Assembly (NCBI GenBank): GCA_030603385.1
Contig: JAUVXW010000001.1
Location: forward strand, 128,001 to 192,000
Reading direction: 5' to 3'
Length of the DNA: 64,000 nt
Source of the DNA: Promethearchaeota archaeon
Lineage (GTDB): Archaea > Asgardarchaeota > Lokiarchaeia > Sigyniarchaeales > SOKP01
The position numbers were made by a program, and so were the translations under genes. This document shows positions 50,856 through 60,623 of this stretch, one piece after another; position 1 is the stretch's first letter, and the number at the start of each line of letters is the position of its first letter. The notes under the pieces were generated by a model. It worked only from the letters and a program-made list of their open reading frames with translations. It did no database searches and was not told the DNA's origin.

Positions 50856-52025
50856 ATGTGTGATACGTTATTAGCACTTGGCAATTCTACTGTTGATGGA
50901 AATGTTATTTTTGGTAAGAATTCGGATCGTCCTTTCGATGAGGTTCAATTAATAGTTTATGTTCCTCGAAAAAAGTATGAAAGAGGAAATGTTTTGAAAT
51001 GTACGTATATCGAAATTCTTCAAGTTAATAAAACTTATGCCGTCCTTTTAAGCCAACCATGGTGGATGTGGGGAGCAGAAATGGGCGCAAATGAATATGG
51101 TGTTGTAATTGGGAATGAAGCGGTACATACTCTGGAACCTATAAGAAATATTGGATTGTTAGGGATGGATTTATTAAGGCTAGGTCTTGAACGAGGAAAA
51201 ACAGCAAGAGAAGCGTTGGATGTGATTATCGATTTGTTAGAAACATATGGTCAGGGTGGAGGTTGCGCTTACAATGATCCAAGTTGGATTTATCATAATT
51301 CATTTATAATTGCGGATCCTAATGAAGCTTATGTATTAGAAACTGCTGATGAGTGGTGGATTGTTGAAAAAATAAAAAATGTAAGATCTATATCTAACAG
51401 TATTTCTATTAGAGGACAAGGTGATATAAGAAGAGATGGCATTATTCAGCAAGCAATAGAGAAAGGTTATTGTAAAGATGATAAGGATTTTGATTTTGCT
51501 GTGACTTTTTCTGGATCTCCAATATCTTCGATCCCTTCACCCTATTCAAGGCAAGGAAAAGCTACTATATTATTGAAAGAAAATAAAAGTAAAATTACAC
51601 CAAAATTAATGATGAACTTTCTTAGAGAACACCAAGCAGGGATTTGCATGCACGGTGGTTTTGAATCAACTTGCTCACAAGTTTCACATTTAACGAAAAC
51701 AAAGAAATCAATACACTGGTTTACAGGAACTACTCTCCCTTGTGTTAGTATTTATAAACCTTATGCGTTCCCTATTGAAGGTCAGAAATTCTATGATTCA
51801 GGTCCATATTCTGCGATTAACTCTGATTGGTTTTGGTGTAAACATACTATATCAAAACCTATAAATAGAAAAACCGAAATTGGAAGGATTGAAGATTCCC
51901 TTATTTCTAGAATAGATTATATGCTAAATCAAGAGGACAAAATCTCTAAAGATGAATTCATAGATAAAATTAGAAGCCTTAATATTGAAGCTTGGAACAA
52001 ATCTTACCAGATTTTACATCAATGA
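50856..52025 (+). CDS. Peptidase C69 / secernin-like Ntn hydrolase
   Basis: N-terminal nucleophile MCDT, FGKNSDRP, WMWGAEMGANEYGVVIGNEA, LLGMDLLRLGLER, YHNSF, ICMHGG. Confidence 0.92.
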   Translation: MCDTLLALGNSTVDGNVIFGKNSDRPFDEVQLIVYVPRKKYERGNVLKCTYIEILQVNKTYAVLLSQPWWMWGAEMGANEYGVVIGNEAVHTLEPIRNIGLLGMDLLRLGLERGKTAREALDVIIDLLETYGQGGGCAYNDPSWIYHNSFIIADPNEAYVLETADEWWIVEKIKNVRSISNSISIRGQGDIRRDGIIQQAIEKGYCKDDKDFDFAVTFSGSPISSIPSPYSRQGKATILLKENKSKITPKLMMNFLREHQAGICMHGGFESTCSQVSHLTKTKKSIHWFTGTTLPCVSIYKPYAFPIEGQKFYDSGPYSAINSDWFWCKHTISKPINRKTEIGRIEDSLISRIDYMLNQEDKISKDEFIDKIRSLNIEAWNKSYQILHQ

Positions 52026-52156
52026 AAATATTCTATTTTATCCGGATTGTTATATCTCACTGAAAAGGTACTAAAATCTTTTTTTAATAAAACTTAATAG
52101 TTTAAGAGTATTTCTTTTTTTAATATATTACAACAAAATCTTTGTTGATTATTCAG

Positions 52157-52450
52157 ATGTCACAGAGTAAACTAGATCTTTTAGGTATGGAAGGAGTTAT
52201 CTCAAATTATAAGCGAGGTCGCCATACTGTCCACCAGAAACATTGTATATTAGTTTTTTCAAATATTCAGAGTAGAAAAGATGCAAATAAACTTATCGGT
52301 AGAACCGTTGTTTGGAAAAGTTCAACTGGTAAGGAATTAAAGGGTGTAATTACACGTGCTCATGGTAATAGTGGTGCTGTAAGAGCCCATTTTAAGAAAG
52401 CAGGAGTTCCAGGTCAAGCTCTTGGAACAAAAATAAAAATAATCAAATAA
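52157..52450 (+). CDS. rpl35ae: 50S ribosomal protein L35Ae
   Basis: GVISNYKRGRHT, LIGRTVVW, GVITRAHGNSGAVRAHF, PGQALG. Confidence 0.95.
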   Translation: MSQSKLDLLGMEGVISNYKRGRHTVHQKHCILVFSNIQSRKDANKLIGRTVVWKSSTGKELKGVITRAHGNSGAVRAHFKKAGVPGQALGTKIKIIK

Positions 52451-52609
52451 GGATTTTTATTAAAAGCTCATTTTTGTTTTCCATTATATCTGGATATTAC
52501 ATGATACATGAATAATATATTCTTTTTTGTATTTTTGACATTGTAACATCTTTGATAAAGCGATTTATAAAGATTTTAGAATTATTTGGTTGAAGTTTAA
52601 AATTTAAAA

Positions 52610-54631
52610 ATGTCAGATCAAGTTTGCCGATTTTGTCAAAGATATGTGCAGTTGACTTATTATTGTGAAGAGTGTGGTGCTAATTGTTGTTCTGACTGTT
52701 TACACGAAAAGAAAGTTGATTTTTATACATGCCAAGAGTGTAATTCTAAAAATATCGAGATTTCTGATTCTGAGAAAAAAAAAACATGTAGAGATTGTGG
52801 TAATGAAAATATAATAAAAGTAAATCAGCTTTTAAAATCATGTCCAAAATGTGGATCTCACAAAATTATTAATATTTATGAGAAAAAAGAAGAATTAGAG
52901 AAAGAATTCTTAGAATTGATTAAAAATTCTCGTTTGTTTATTCATCCCTTAAGAGAGGCTCTTGATAAGTTATATATTCTTCAACAAGAAATAAAAAATG
53001 CAAGAGATCCCCCAATAAGATGCTATCATTTTCCTAAAATGGAATCTGATTTATTAGCTCTCTTTAAACTGTTTATATATGTGCAAAATACATTATTTGA
53101 TAAAATTAATGCTCATTTTAATCAAATGGTATTATATAAAGAATATTTTTTTGACATTTACGCTCAACCAAATTCTAATATAACAATTATAGAAGGTATT
53201 TTTGATAATCTTCTAAGAAGCCATAATTCAATCAATGATTTTGTATTCAATAACGTTAAAACTTTTAAAGATAGCATAGGTTCTTTTGAAGTGAATCTAA
53301 AATTTATTGAAAAAATTAGTCTCTATTTTTCTACTTATAAGAAATTAATAAAATTGGCAGAAAAGGAAAAACCTGTTTATGCAATCTATGCTAAATTAGT
53401 CAACGGATTGAACACAGATGATAGATATAAGAAAGATAGAGGAATTTTATTTATCACTAATTTAGATTTATCTTTTATTCATGAGTATGGTGTGAGAAAA
53501 AAAAAGCAAGCGTTAACCTTTAAAGCACCGGTTCAAGATTTAATAAGGATAAAAGAAAAAGGAAGATTCTTCAAAAAGCTATATATTGAATTTGAGTATG
53601 GGAAATATGAATTTACATTGCCCCCTAATGCTCTTTCTAGAGTTATAGAATATATTCTATTGGCAAGAACATTTGACGAATCCACTGTTTATGATATCAA
53701 ATCAGCAACTAAACTTCAAGGAGTTGATATCGATTTAAATGAGTTAGTAAATTTCATTGAAGAAAGTATTAACTCATTTTTTAGCTTAAAATGCCAATAC
53801 AACAAGAGTTCTCAAAAGATAGGCAGTTATAATCAAATTTTTCCTCAAAATTTTAATGCTCAACCTAACCAAATTCCAATTTTAATGCCTCAATCTCGAA
53901 ATCAAGGATTTTCTTATCAGGATCATAATTTAGGACAATTTGGAATTAATCAACCATTAATACAAAATCCAAATAATCAATATTCGCCATACTATCCACC
54001 GGCACCAGTTCAATCACCTCAAGGAGTAAATAACTACATAAACCCTATGTATCAATATCAAGGACCATACCCTAACCAAAGTAAATTTTTTTCTCAAAAC
54101 TTCATCAATCCAAATCGATTCCAAAATTATAATCCTCAAAAAATTAATCCCAACTATGTGGAATTCCTAGATGTTGAAGAGAGGGATATTCTAACGAGGA
54201 ATTTAGAACAAGCACAAGGATTCAGCCCACAATATCCAAATCAAATAAATCCCAACGTATTAAATAATAAATATCCATTCCAAGAATTTAACAATAATCA
54301 TTTGTCTGATTTGTTTAATTCAAATAATTCTTTAACACAGCAATCTTATAGACACAAAAGAAAATTGTTTAAATTAGATCGAGAAAAACATGAAAAAATG
54401 CTTGAATTAGAAAAAGAACATTATAGCCTTAAAGCGACGTTGAAGAAGCTTGAAACTAAATTTGATCAAGGTTCAATATCAGAAAGTGATTATTTTAGAA
54501 CATTTAGAAATTTAAATAAAGAAATATATTTAATCGACAATAAAATTCAAAATCTACGACAGAGTTTAGAAGAATTAGAATCCATTAAACAAAACAGCAG
54601 AAATTTTGATAATAAAAGATTCTATACTTAG
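52610..54631 (+). CDS. Multidomain protein: Cys-rich Zn fingers, helical region, PH/GRAM-like domain, N/Q/P/Y low-complexity region, Vps23-core (steadiness box)-like C-terminus
   Basis: Six CxxC pairs in the first 80 aa; DRGILFITNLDLSF..LYIEFEYGKYEF PH-like strands; long N/Q/P/Y tract; MLELEKEHYSLKATLKKLETKFDQGSISESDYFRTFRNLNKEIYLI. Confidence 0.7.
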   Translation: MSDQVCRFCQRYVQLTYYCEECGANCCSDCLHEKKVDFYTCQECNSKNIEISDSEKKKTCRDCGNENIIKVNQLLKSCPKCGSHKIINIYEKKEELEKEFLELIKNSRLFIHPLREALDKLYILQQEIKNARDPPIRCYHFPKMESDLLALFKLFIYVQNTLFDKINAHFNQMVLYKEYFFDIYAQPNSNITIIEGIFDNLLRSHNSINDFVFNNVKTFKDSIGSFEVNLKFIEKISLYFSTYKKLIKLAEKEKPVYAIYAKLVNGLNTDDRYKKDRGILFITNLDLSFIHEYGVRKKKQALTFKAPVQDLIRIKEKGRFFKKLYIEFEYGKYEFTLPPNALSRVIEYILLARTFDESTVYDIKSATKLQGVDIDLNELVNFIEESINSFFSLKCQYNKSSQKIGSYNQIFPQNFNAQPNQIPILMPQSRNQGFSYQDHNLGQFGINQPLIQNPNNQYSPYYPPAPVQSPQGVNNYINPMYQYQGPYPNQSKFFSQNFINPNRFQNYNPQKINPNYVEFLDVEERDILTRNLEQAQGFSPQYPNQINPNVLNNKYPFQEFNNNHLSDLFNSNNSLTQQSYRHKRKLFKLDREKHEKMLELEKEHYSLKATLKKLETKFDQGSISESDYFRTFRNLNKEIYLIDNKIQNLRQSLEELESIKQNSRNFDNKRFYT

Positions 54632-54651
54632 ATCTTTATTAAAACATATTT

Positions 54652-54668
54652 TATGCAGATTCTGCATA
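54652..54668. promoter_or_regulatory. 8-bp inverted repeat upstream of the MetE-core gene
   Basis: TATGCAGA-T-TCTGCATA, ending 45 bp before the ATG at 54714. Confidence 0.4.
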
Positions 54669-54713
54669 TTTCACATAATCTAAGTTTATATTCTTTTAAG
54701 CTTTATAGAAAAT

Positions 54714-55727
54714 ATGGATAATCCCTCCACTACAATAGTTGGAAGTTGGCCTTTAAACAATAGCAATGAAAATATGTTAAAGGTATTTGAAGATTTAATT
54801 CAAATTGGCATTGATTATCCATGTTATCCTCAATTAATTTCTATGATTTCTCAATTTTTATCCCCATTAGCAAAAGAAATTGCCCAATTAGAAGAAATTA
54901 ACCACAAATTTTATTTATCAGATGATTTCAAAATCCCGGAAAACCCGGTAGCTTTAGAATACGGTGAATTTATTAAAAGCTTTTTTAATGAACGACCACA
55001 GCTTTTAGAACAAATTAAAGGAACAAAAGCCTGTTTAACAGGTCCATTCACCTTAGCATCTGAAATAATTTTGAAGGGTGAAATTGCTAAGGGTTTAAAA
55101 CCCAGAATCTTTACGGAACCCAGAGCAATAATGGTAGATTGGATTGTGGAAAAATTAGCAGAAATCATGAAACAATTAGGAAAAGCCTATAATAATATGG
55201 GTATAGATATAATTTCTATGGACGAACCTCTTTTGGGGATTTTAATAGGAAGAAAAGTGTTATTTCACTCTGAAGATTTCATTTTAGAAATTCTAAATAA
55301 ATCTATCTCAGAAATAAAATCATTGTCATCTATTCATGTGTGTGGCAGAATTAGCCCTAAATGCCGTGATATACTCCTTCAAACTGAAGTGAACATATTA
55401 GACCATGAGTTTAGAACTAACGAAGAGAACTTTGATATTTTTCAGAAAGAACATCTTACAAATACCGATAAATTTTTAGCTTTAGGCTCAGTTAAATCTA
55501 AGTTTTTGCCAGTAGAAGGATATGAAATCAATGATTATGTTGAAGGAATAGACTCTCTTGAAGCTTATATTCGAAAAGCAATTAAACAATACGGTAAAGA
55601 AAATTTATTAATTAAACCTGATTGTGGTTTTCTGCCTTTAAAAGACACTTTTGGAGAAGAAATCGGTTATGAAATAACAATTAAAAAACTCAAAAATATG
55701 GTTCAAGCGTTAAAAAGAATCAAATAA
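54714..55727 (+). CDS. Single-domain (core) cobalamin-independent methionine synthase-like protein, MesA-like
   Basis: TTIVGSWP, GIDYPCYPQL, KACLTGPFTL, MDEP; Zn ligands HVCG, DHE and PDCG. Confidence 0.75.
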   Translation: MDNPSTTIVGSWPLNNSNENMLKVFEDLIQIGIDYPCYPQLISMISQFLSPLAKEIAQLEEINHKFYLSDDFKIPENPVALEYGEFIKSFFNERPQLLEQIKGTKACLTGPFTLASEIILKGEIAKGLKPRIFTEPRAIMVDWIVEKLAEIMKQLGKAYNNMGIDIISMDEPLLGILIGRKVLFHSEDFILEILNKSISEIKSLSSIHVCGRISPKCRDILLQTEVNILDHEFRTNEENFDIFQKEHLTNTDKFLALGSVKSKFLPVEGYEINDYVEGIDSLEAYIRKAIKQYGKENLLIKPDCGFLPLKDTFGEEIGYEITIKKLKNMVQALKRIK

Positions 55728-55771
55728 TGATAAATTTACCTAGAAAGTGTAAAAAATTTAAAGATAAAGTA

Positions 55772-56419
55772 TTAGCTTTGTAGTTCCTTCCTTAATTTTT
55801 CTATTTCTTTATTTAGTTTTTCTTTTGATTTAACTTCCTCAAGTTCTTCAATTTCATATTCAGGAATATATTGTAATTCATCGGAAGGTGTTTCAGGCAT
55901 TGTTCCTCCTTGATCAAGAAGCATCTCGGTCTCAAGTTGATTTAATTCCTCTGTAACATCAATTGCAAGATCAATTTCAGGGTCTCCTGCTAAGATATCT
56001 GCGGCTTCTTCAATTTCTGCAACATAAGCTTCAGAATCTTCTGCAATTTCTGCAACCTTTGCAGGAGAAGCTTTTGTAGCGATATATTCTAATTCATCGC
56101 GTATTCCGCTAAATATTTCACCTGTAGCTGAGATTAATTGTCCTTCTTCGATTGCTTGAATCTGCCGTTCTATTTTTAATCTAATATTACTTGTTCTATC
56201 AACTTTAATATTATAAGACTTGTATTGAATAAGATAATTCTTCGCGCGATCTTTTTCACCACGTTTCAATGCTATCTTCGCATTTTTACGGCTTATTTCA
56301 GCTCGTTTGCTATAATTCCTATTAATTAAATTTAATCTATGAATATGGCTCTTAGCCTTTGATACTAAGTCATCTTTCTCTTTACCTTTCCGAGGAAATA
56401 GCTTTTTTTTTAATCCCAC
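55772..56419 (-). CDS. ESCRT-III Snf7-family protein (Vps20/32/60-like)
   Basis: MGLKKKLF amphipathic start; basic hairpin (AKIALKRGEKDRAKNYL..KIERQIQAIE); acidic half (AEIEEAADIL, DVTEELNQLE); MIM2-like MPETPSDEL; C-terminal helix LNKEIEKLRKEL. Confidence 0.85.
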   Translation of the reverse strand: MGLKKKLFPRKGKEKDDLVSKAKSHIHRLNLINRNYSKRAEISRKNAKIALKRGEKDRAKNYLIQYKSYNIKVDRTSNIRLKIERQIQAIEEGQLISATGEIFSGIRDELEYIATKASPAKVAEIAEDSEAYVAEIEEAADILAGDPEIDLAIDVTEELNQLETEMLLDQGGTMPETPSDELQYIPEYEIEELEEVKSKEKLNKEIEKLRKELQS

Positions 56420-56546
56420 TGACTATTCAACTCTTTTTTTTATGAATTATATGATTTTACTAACTTAAAAATTTAATATTATTCAATATAATATAATAAA
56501 TTAATTCTCAACAAAAAAGTTTGCATAGACCGAATTTTGATTTATT

Positions 56547-57662
56547 ATGAAAAAAATAATCCTAAATTTTGAGAGTAAGCAAAATAATTTTAAAGAATTA
56601 GTTCAAGAAGCCTTTAATAAAGACATCTTAAATTATTTAGTATCGAATAACACTTATTCTGAGTTTAAAAAAATAGAACGTATTAATCTCTTTACAAAAG
56701 ATCTGGATATTCCAGTGAATTATTTTATAACTGATAATAGAGAGAAACTAAAAGAATTACTAGCTAATAATAAATTCTCAGAAGGAATAATTGGATTTTA
56801 TAAAGAATTAAAATCGAAGGATGATGAGAAAGCGATTATAGAACTTTCTAAAAGTAAACAAGTCGATTTTATTATTGTATCGGCTAAAGACTGGAAAATT
56901 ATCCCTTTTGAAAATCTTATAGCCGAAATGCATAAAACCGATACTGATTTAATTGCTGAAGTAGATACAGTTGATGAAGCTGAATTAATGTTAAAAACAT
57001 TAGAAATTGGAGTAGATGGAATACTTTTGACGCCAAGAAGTATCAATGATATTATTCAATTAAAAAAGCTTATGCATGTCACTTTTCAGATTGAACTTTT
57101 AAAAGCAAAAGTAGTTAATATTGAGAGTATACCTGAAGCTGAAAGAGTTTGTGTCGATACAACATCGCTTCTAAAAGTAGGAGAAGGACTTCTCGTAGGT
57201 TCAACAGCTACAGGTTTTTGTTTAATTCATTCCGAAACATTTGAAACACAATTTGTGGCATCCAGACCATTTAGAGTCAACGCGGGGGATGTATCTGCTT
57301 ATGTTTTAGTACCTGATGATGATCCAGAAAAAAAATATCGGACCAAATATCTGAGCGAATTGAAAGGTGGAGATAAAGTTTTAGCAATTACAGAAAAAGG
57401 TGAGGTTAGAATTGTATCAATTGGAAGGGTTAAAATTGAAACAAGGCCAATGTTGAGATTTGAATTGGAAGCTTCAATAGGAGATAAAAAAATTCCTATA
57501 AGTTGCATTTGCCAAAACGCTGAAACAATTCGTTTAGTAGGAGTTGATGGCAAAGCTAAATCTGTTGTTGATATTAAGATTGGAGATGAGGTCTTAGTTC
57601 ATATAGGTCCTGGTGCAACTCATTTCGGCACACCTATAAAAGAAACCATAATTGAAAAATAA
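56547..57662 (+). CDS. 3-dehydroquinate synthase II (archaeal AroB')
   Basis: DWKIIPFENLIA, LEIGVDG, RVCVDT, GEGLLVGS, SRPFRVNAG, YLSELKG, GRVKIETRP, QNAETIRL, THFG. Confidence 0.93.
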   Translation: MKKIILNFESKQNNFKELVQEAFNKDILNYLVSNNTYSEFKKIERINLFTKDLDIPVNYFITDNREKLKELLANNKFSEGIIGFYKELKSKDDEKAIIELSKSKQVDFIIVSAKDWKIIPFENLIAEMHKTDTDLIAEVDTVDEAELMLKTLEIGVDGILLTPRSINDIIQLKKLMHVTFQIELLKAKVVNIESIPEAERVCVDTTSLLKVGEGLLVGSTATGFCLIHSETFETQFVASRPFRVNAGDVSAYVLVPDDDPEKKYRTKYLSELKGGDKVLAITEKGEVRIVSIGRVKIETRPMLRFELEASIGDKKIPISCICQNAETIRLVGVDGKAKSVVDIKIGDEVLVHIGPGATHFGTPIKETIIEK

Positions 57663-57686
57663 GATAGAAAAAGAAATTTATTACTT

Positions 57687-58814
57687 CTATACATTAGAGT
57701 TTTTAAATAATGGAATTATTTCCTCACTAATTATTCTTGAAGCATCCCAGTAAGTAAATGGAGCATTTTTACTCGAAGCTCCATTAGTAGATGAAAATAT
57801 GAAATGATTTGCACCTGCCTCTATATACTTACGAATTCTTTTAATAATTTCGTCTTTTGTTCCAATCATCGTGCCATCGCGTATTAAATCATCTGGAATA
57901 TCTTCTACTATCGGTTCTAATTTTCTAAGATCAAATTTCAAAACATCATCTCTATCAATCTTTAGAATATTCAACTCTTCACTTTTATAGCCGGTAGCGT
58001 CTATATAAAGTTGTTCGTACTCATCTTTCCAATATCCTAATTCTTTTATTCGACGAGGACTTGTTATTAATTCAAATTTATTTCCTCGAATTCTTTGATT
58101 GATCTTATTTGTATCATCATTTATAAAGATAAATTGGAATACCCCAAATGAAAATTTCTCTAAATCCCTTCCCTTTTCATTCATTGCTTTAACGATTTGT
58201 TGTTTTTTAGTTTTATAGGTCTTGGAATCAATTCCTACAGGCATCCATCCATCTGCAATTTCCCCTGTCAGCTTTAAGGTTTTAGGACTATTAGCACCAA
58301 TCCAGATTGGGATATCTGATACAGGTTTAGGAAGTAAAACCGCATTTTTCGCAGTATAGTATTGTCCTTCGAATGAAATATCCCTACCTTTATCCCAAAA
58401 TAATTTCATAAAATTAATAGATTCCCTCATTTTGCCAAGCGCATGGTCGATTGGAATGCCATATGCCTTTAAATTCATCGCTTCTCCTGCTCCAATCCCT
58501 AAAATAAGATTCCCTTCTGTAAGGTGGTTAATGGAGGTACACAACTGTGCTAGAACCGCGGGATGTATTCTATGAGGATCTGTAACAGCCGTTCCAAAAG
58601 ATTTTCCTTTTACCAATTCTGCCATTGCACCAAACAATACCCAAGGGCTTAAGTAATCGTCAACTAAAGTACCACCCATACCCGATAGATGATCAGGAAG
58701 CCACAGAGAATCCCAATTTTCCTTACTCGCTGCTATAACTTTTTTTCGAAAGAAGTCATAAGAATGAAGATAATATATTTGATGACCAAATTTTATTTCA
58801 CTCAAATTTATCAC
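57687..58814 (-). CDS. LLM-class (luciferase-like, probably F420-dependent) oxidoreductase
   Basis: SLWLPDH, GTAVTDPHRIHPAVLAQ, LGIGAGE, PIWIGANSP, GEIADGW. Confidence 0.9.
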   Translation of the reverse strand: MINLSEIKFGHQIYYLHSYDFFRKKVIAASKENWDSLWLPDHLSGMGGTLVDDYLSPWVLFGAMAELVKGKSFGTAVTDPHRIHPAVLAQLCTSINHLTEGNLILGIGAGEAMNLKAYGIPIDHALGKMRESINFMKLFWDKGRDISFEGQYYTAKNAVLLPKPVSDIPIWIGANSPKTLKLTGEIADGWMPVGIDSKTYKTKKQQIVKAMNEKGRDLEKFSFGVFQFIFINDDTNKINQRIRGNKFELITSPRRIKELGYWKDEYEQLYIDATGYKSEELNILKIDRDDVLKFDLRKLEPIVEDIPDDLIRDGTMIGTKDEIIKRIRKYIEAGANHFIFSSTNGASSKNAPFTYWDASRIISEEIIPLFKNSNV

Positions 58815-58913
58815 TCAAAAACTATTTAGATATTGTTAACAAATAGTATATAGTTTTAAAAATTCTTTCTTTCTTAAATTATTATATAGCAAATTAATAC
58901 CAACACAAGAAAC

Positions 58914-60191
58914 ATGACGACATTTTGGGCTCCTGTATTACACATTTACCAACCACCTAACCAAGATCTTAAAGTTTTAAAATCAATAGACAAAGAATGC
59001 TATAAACCTTTATTTAGCTTAATGGAAGAATTTGATGATGTTAAATTTTGTTTAAATATCAGTGGTATTCTTATTGAGTTATTATATGAATTCGACTTAT
59101 CAGATACAATGGATTTATTAAAAAACTTAGTATCTGAAAGTAAAATTGAAATTGTCGGGACTGCTAAATATCATCCCATCCTCCCCTTAATCCAAAAAAA
59201 AGAAGCCCAATATCAAATTCAGATGAACGAAGAAATAAATAGGAGAGAATTTGGTCGATGGCAAAGAAAAGGTTTTTTTCCACCCGAACTGGCAATATCT
59301 GGAAGCGTTGCTAAATATATTCGTCAGTTAGGATACAAATGGGTTTTAATGAGTGGTATAGCTTGCTCTGAGGATTGGCCATACGATAAAATTTATACTT
59401 CTCATGATGGACTCCAATTATTTTTCAGGGATGATATTCTTAGTAACAAGATTTCCTTTAAAAATATATCAGCAAAAGAATTTATAAAAACAATTAAGGA
59501 GATTTTCCAGCCAAATGCAGACCCTAAGCAAAAATCTTTCACAGAGATTGATCGATATATTATTACTGCTATGGATGGCGAGACATTTGGCCATCATATT
59601 AAAAATTACGAAAAAACTTTTCTAAAAAAGGTATTAGATCTTATTAATGAGGAAGAAAGAATTAGAACTGTATTTGTTTCAGAATTGGATCGATTTTTTC
59701 CACTTAGTAATAAAAAAATCATCCCACGTGAATCGAGCTGGAGTACAACCTATGAAGATATTCAAGCAGGCATTCCTTATCCATTATGGAAACATCCAGA
59801 AAACAATATCCATAAGAATTATTGGAAACTAGTGAATAGTCTCAACAATTTAATGAATTTAGCTGACAATATAGATTTAACAACGGACAGGGAGATTGAG
59901 AATTACTATAACACCGCCAGATATTTCTATAATCGCGGAATCTATTCGTGTCCTACATGGTGGTCCAATCCTCAAAATGGAACTTGGAGCCCAAATCTTA
60001 TTTATAAAGGGATAGAATTACTCATGAGAGCTGCTCTGAATGCTCAAATGGCATTAGTTTACTCTGAAAAGTCTGATCAGAGTGATGTGTACTATGATTC
60101 CATCTCACTATATCACAGTTTACTTTTAATGGAATTATCTAATATTACAAAAAAGACCATGAAGAAGTATAATGAAAGTAGAAATACGTAA
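58914..60191 (+). CDS. Glycoside hydrolase family 57 protein
   Basis: HIYQP, NISG, YHPILPL, FPPELA (nucleophile Glu), MDGETFGHH (acid/base Asp), SSW. Confidence 0.9.
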   Translation: MTTFWAPVLHIYQPPNQDLKVLKSIDKECYKPLFSLMEEFDDVKFCLNISGILIELLYEFDLSDTMDLLKNLVSESKIEIVGTAKYHPILPLIQKKEAQYQIQMNEEINRREFGRWQRKGFFPPELAISGSVAKYIRQLGYKWVLMSGIACSEDWPYDKIYTSHDGLQLFFRDDILSNKISFKNISAKEFIKTIKEIFQPNADPKQKSFTEIDRYIITAMDGETFGHHIKNYEKTFLKKVLDLINEEERIRTVFVSELDRFFPLSNKKIIPRESSWSTTYEDIQAGIPYPLWKHPENNIHKNYWKLVNSLNNLMNLADNIDLTTDREIENYYNTARYFYNRGIYSCPTWWSNPQNGTWSPNLIYKGIELLMRAALNAQMALVYSEKSDQSDVYYDSISLYHSLLLMELSNITKKTMKKYNESRNT

Positions 60192-60193
60192 TT

Positions 60194-60580
60194 CTATATA
60201 TTAGTTGAAATCAATTCATTTAGAATTTCATTCCACTTATCTAAATGACGTACATACCAAGCTACTGAATCAGATTCTCCGCTCTCATTTTTAAATATTA
60301 TTTTTAAAAGAGGCCTAAATGCAGATCTATGCATATGAGATTTTGGATTTCTAATCTCAATGATAGACTTAACTGGAATTAATAACTCTTTTTTGGGTTT
60401 CCACATTCCAAAGTATAATTCTTTTTCTGTAAGTAATAAGACCCCATTCCCGCGAACTTTCCATGTCCCTAACGACTCTTGCCCAAAAAAATTGCTTGCG
60501 TCGTCAGCAATTAATACATTCTCATCCTTAAATTTCTCATGGATTTCATTTATTCTTTGTTTAAAATTTTTTTTTAACAT
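60194..60580 (-). CDS. Stand-alone PH/GRAM-like domain protein
   Basis: GNGVLLLTEKELYF..ELLIPVKSIIEI..LLKIIF..VAWYV plus a C-terminal helix WNEILNEL. Confidence 0.6.
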   Translation of the reverse strand: MLKKNFKQRINEIHEKFKDENVLIADDASNFFGQESLGTWKVRGNGVLLLTEKELYFGMWKPKKELLIPVKSIIEIRNPKSHMHRSAFRPLLKIIFKNESGESDSVAWYVRHLDKWNEILNELISTNI

Positions 60581-60623
60581 ATTATTATCAAGTTATAATT
60601 CTATATATTTTACATCAGTTATA

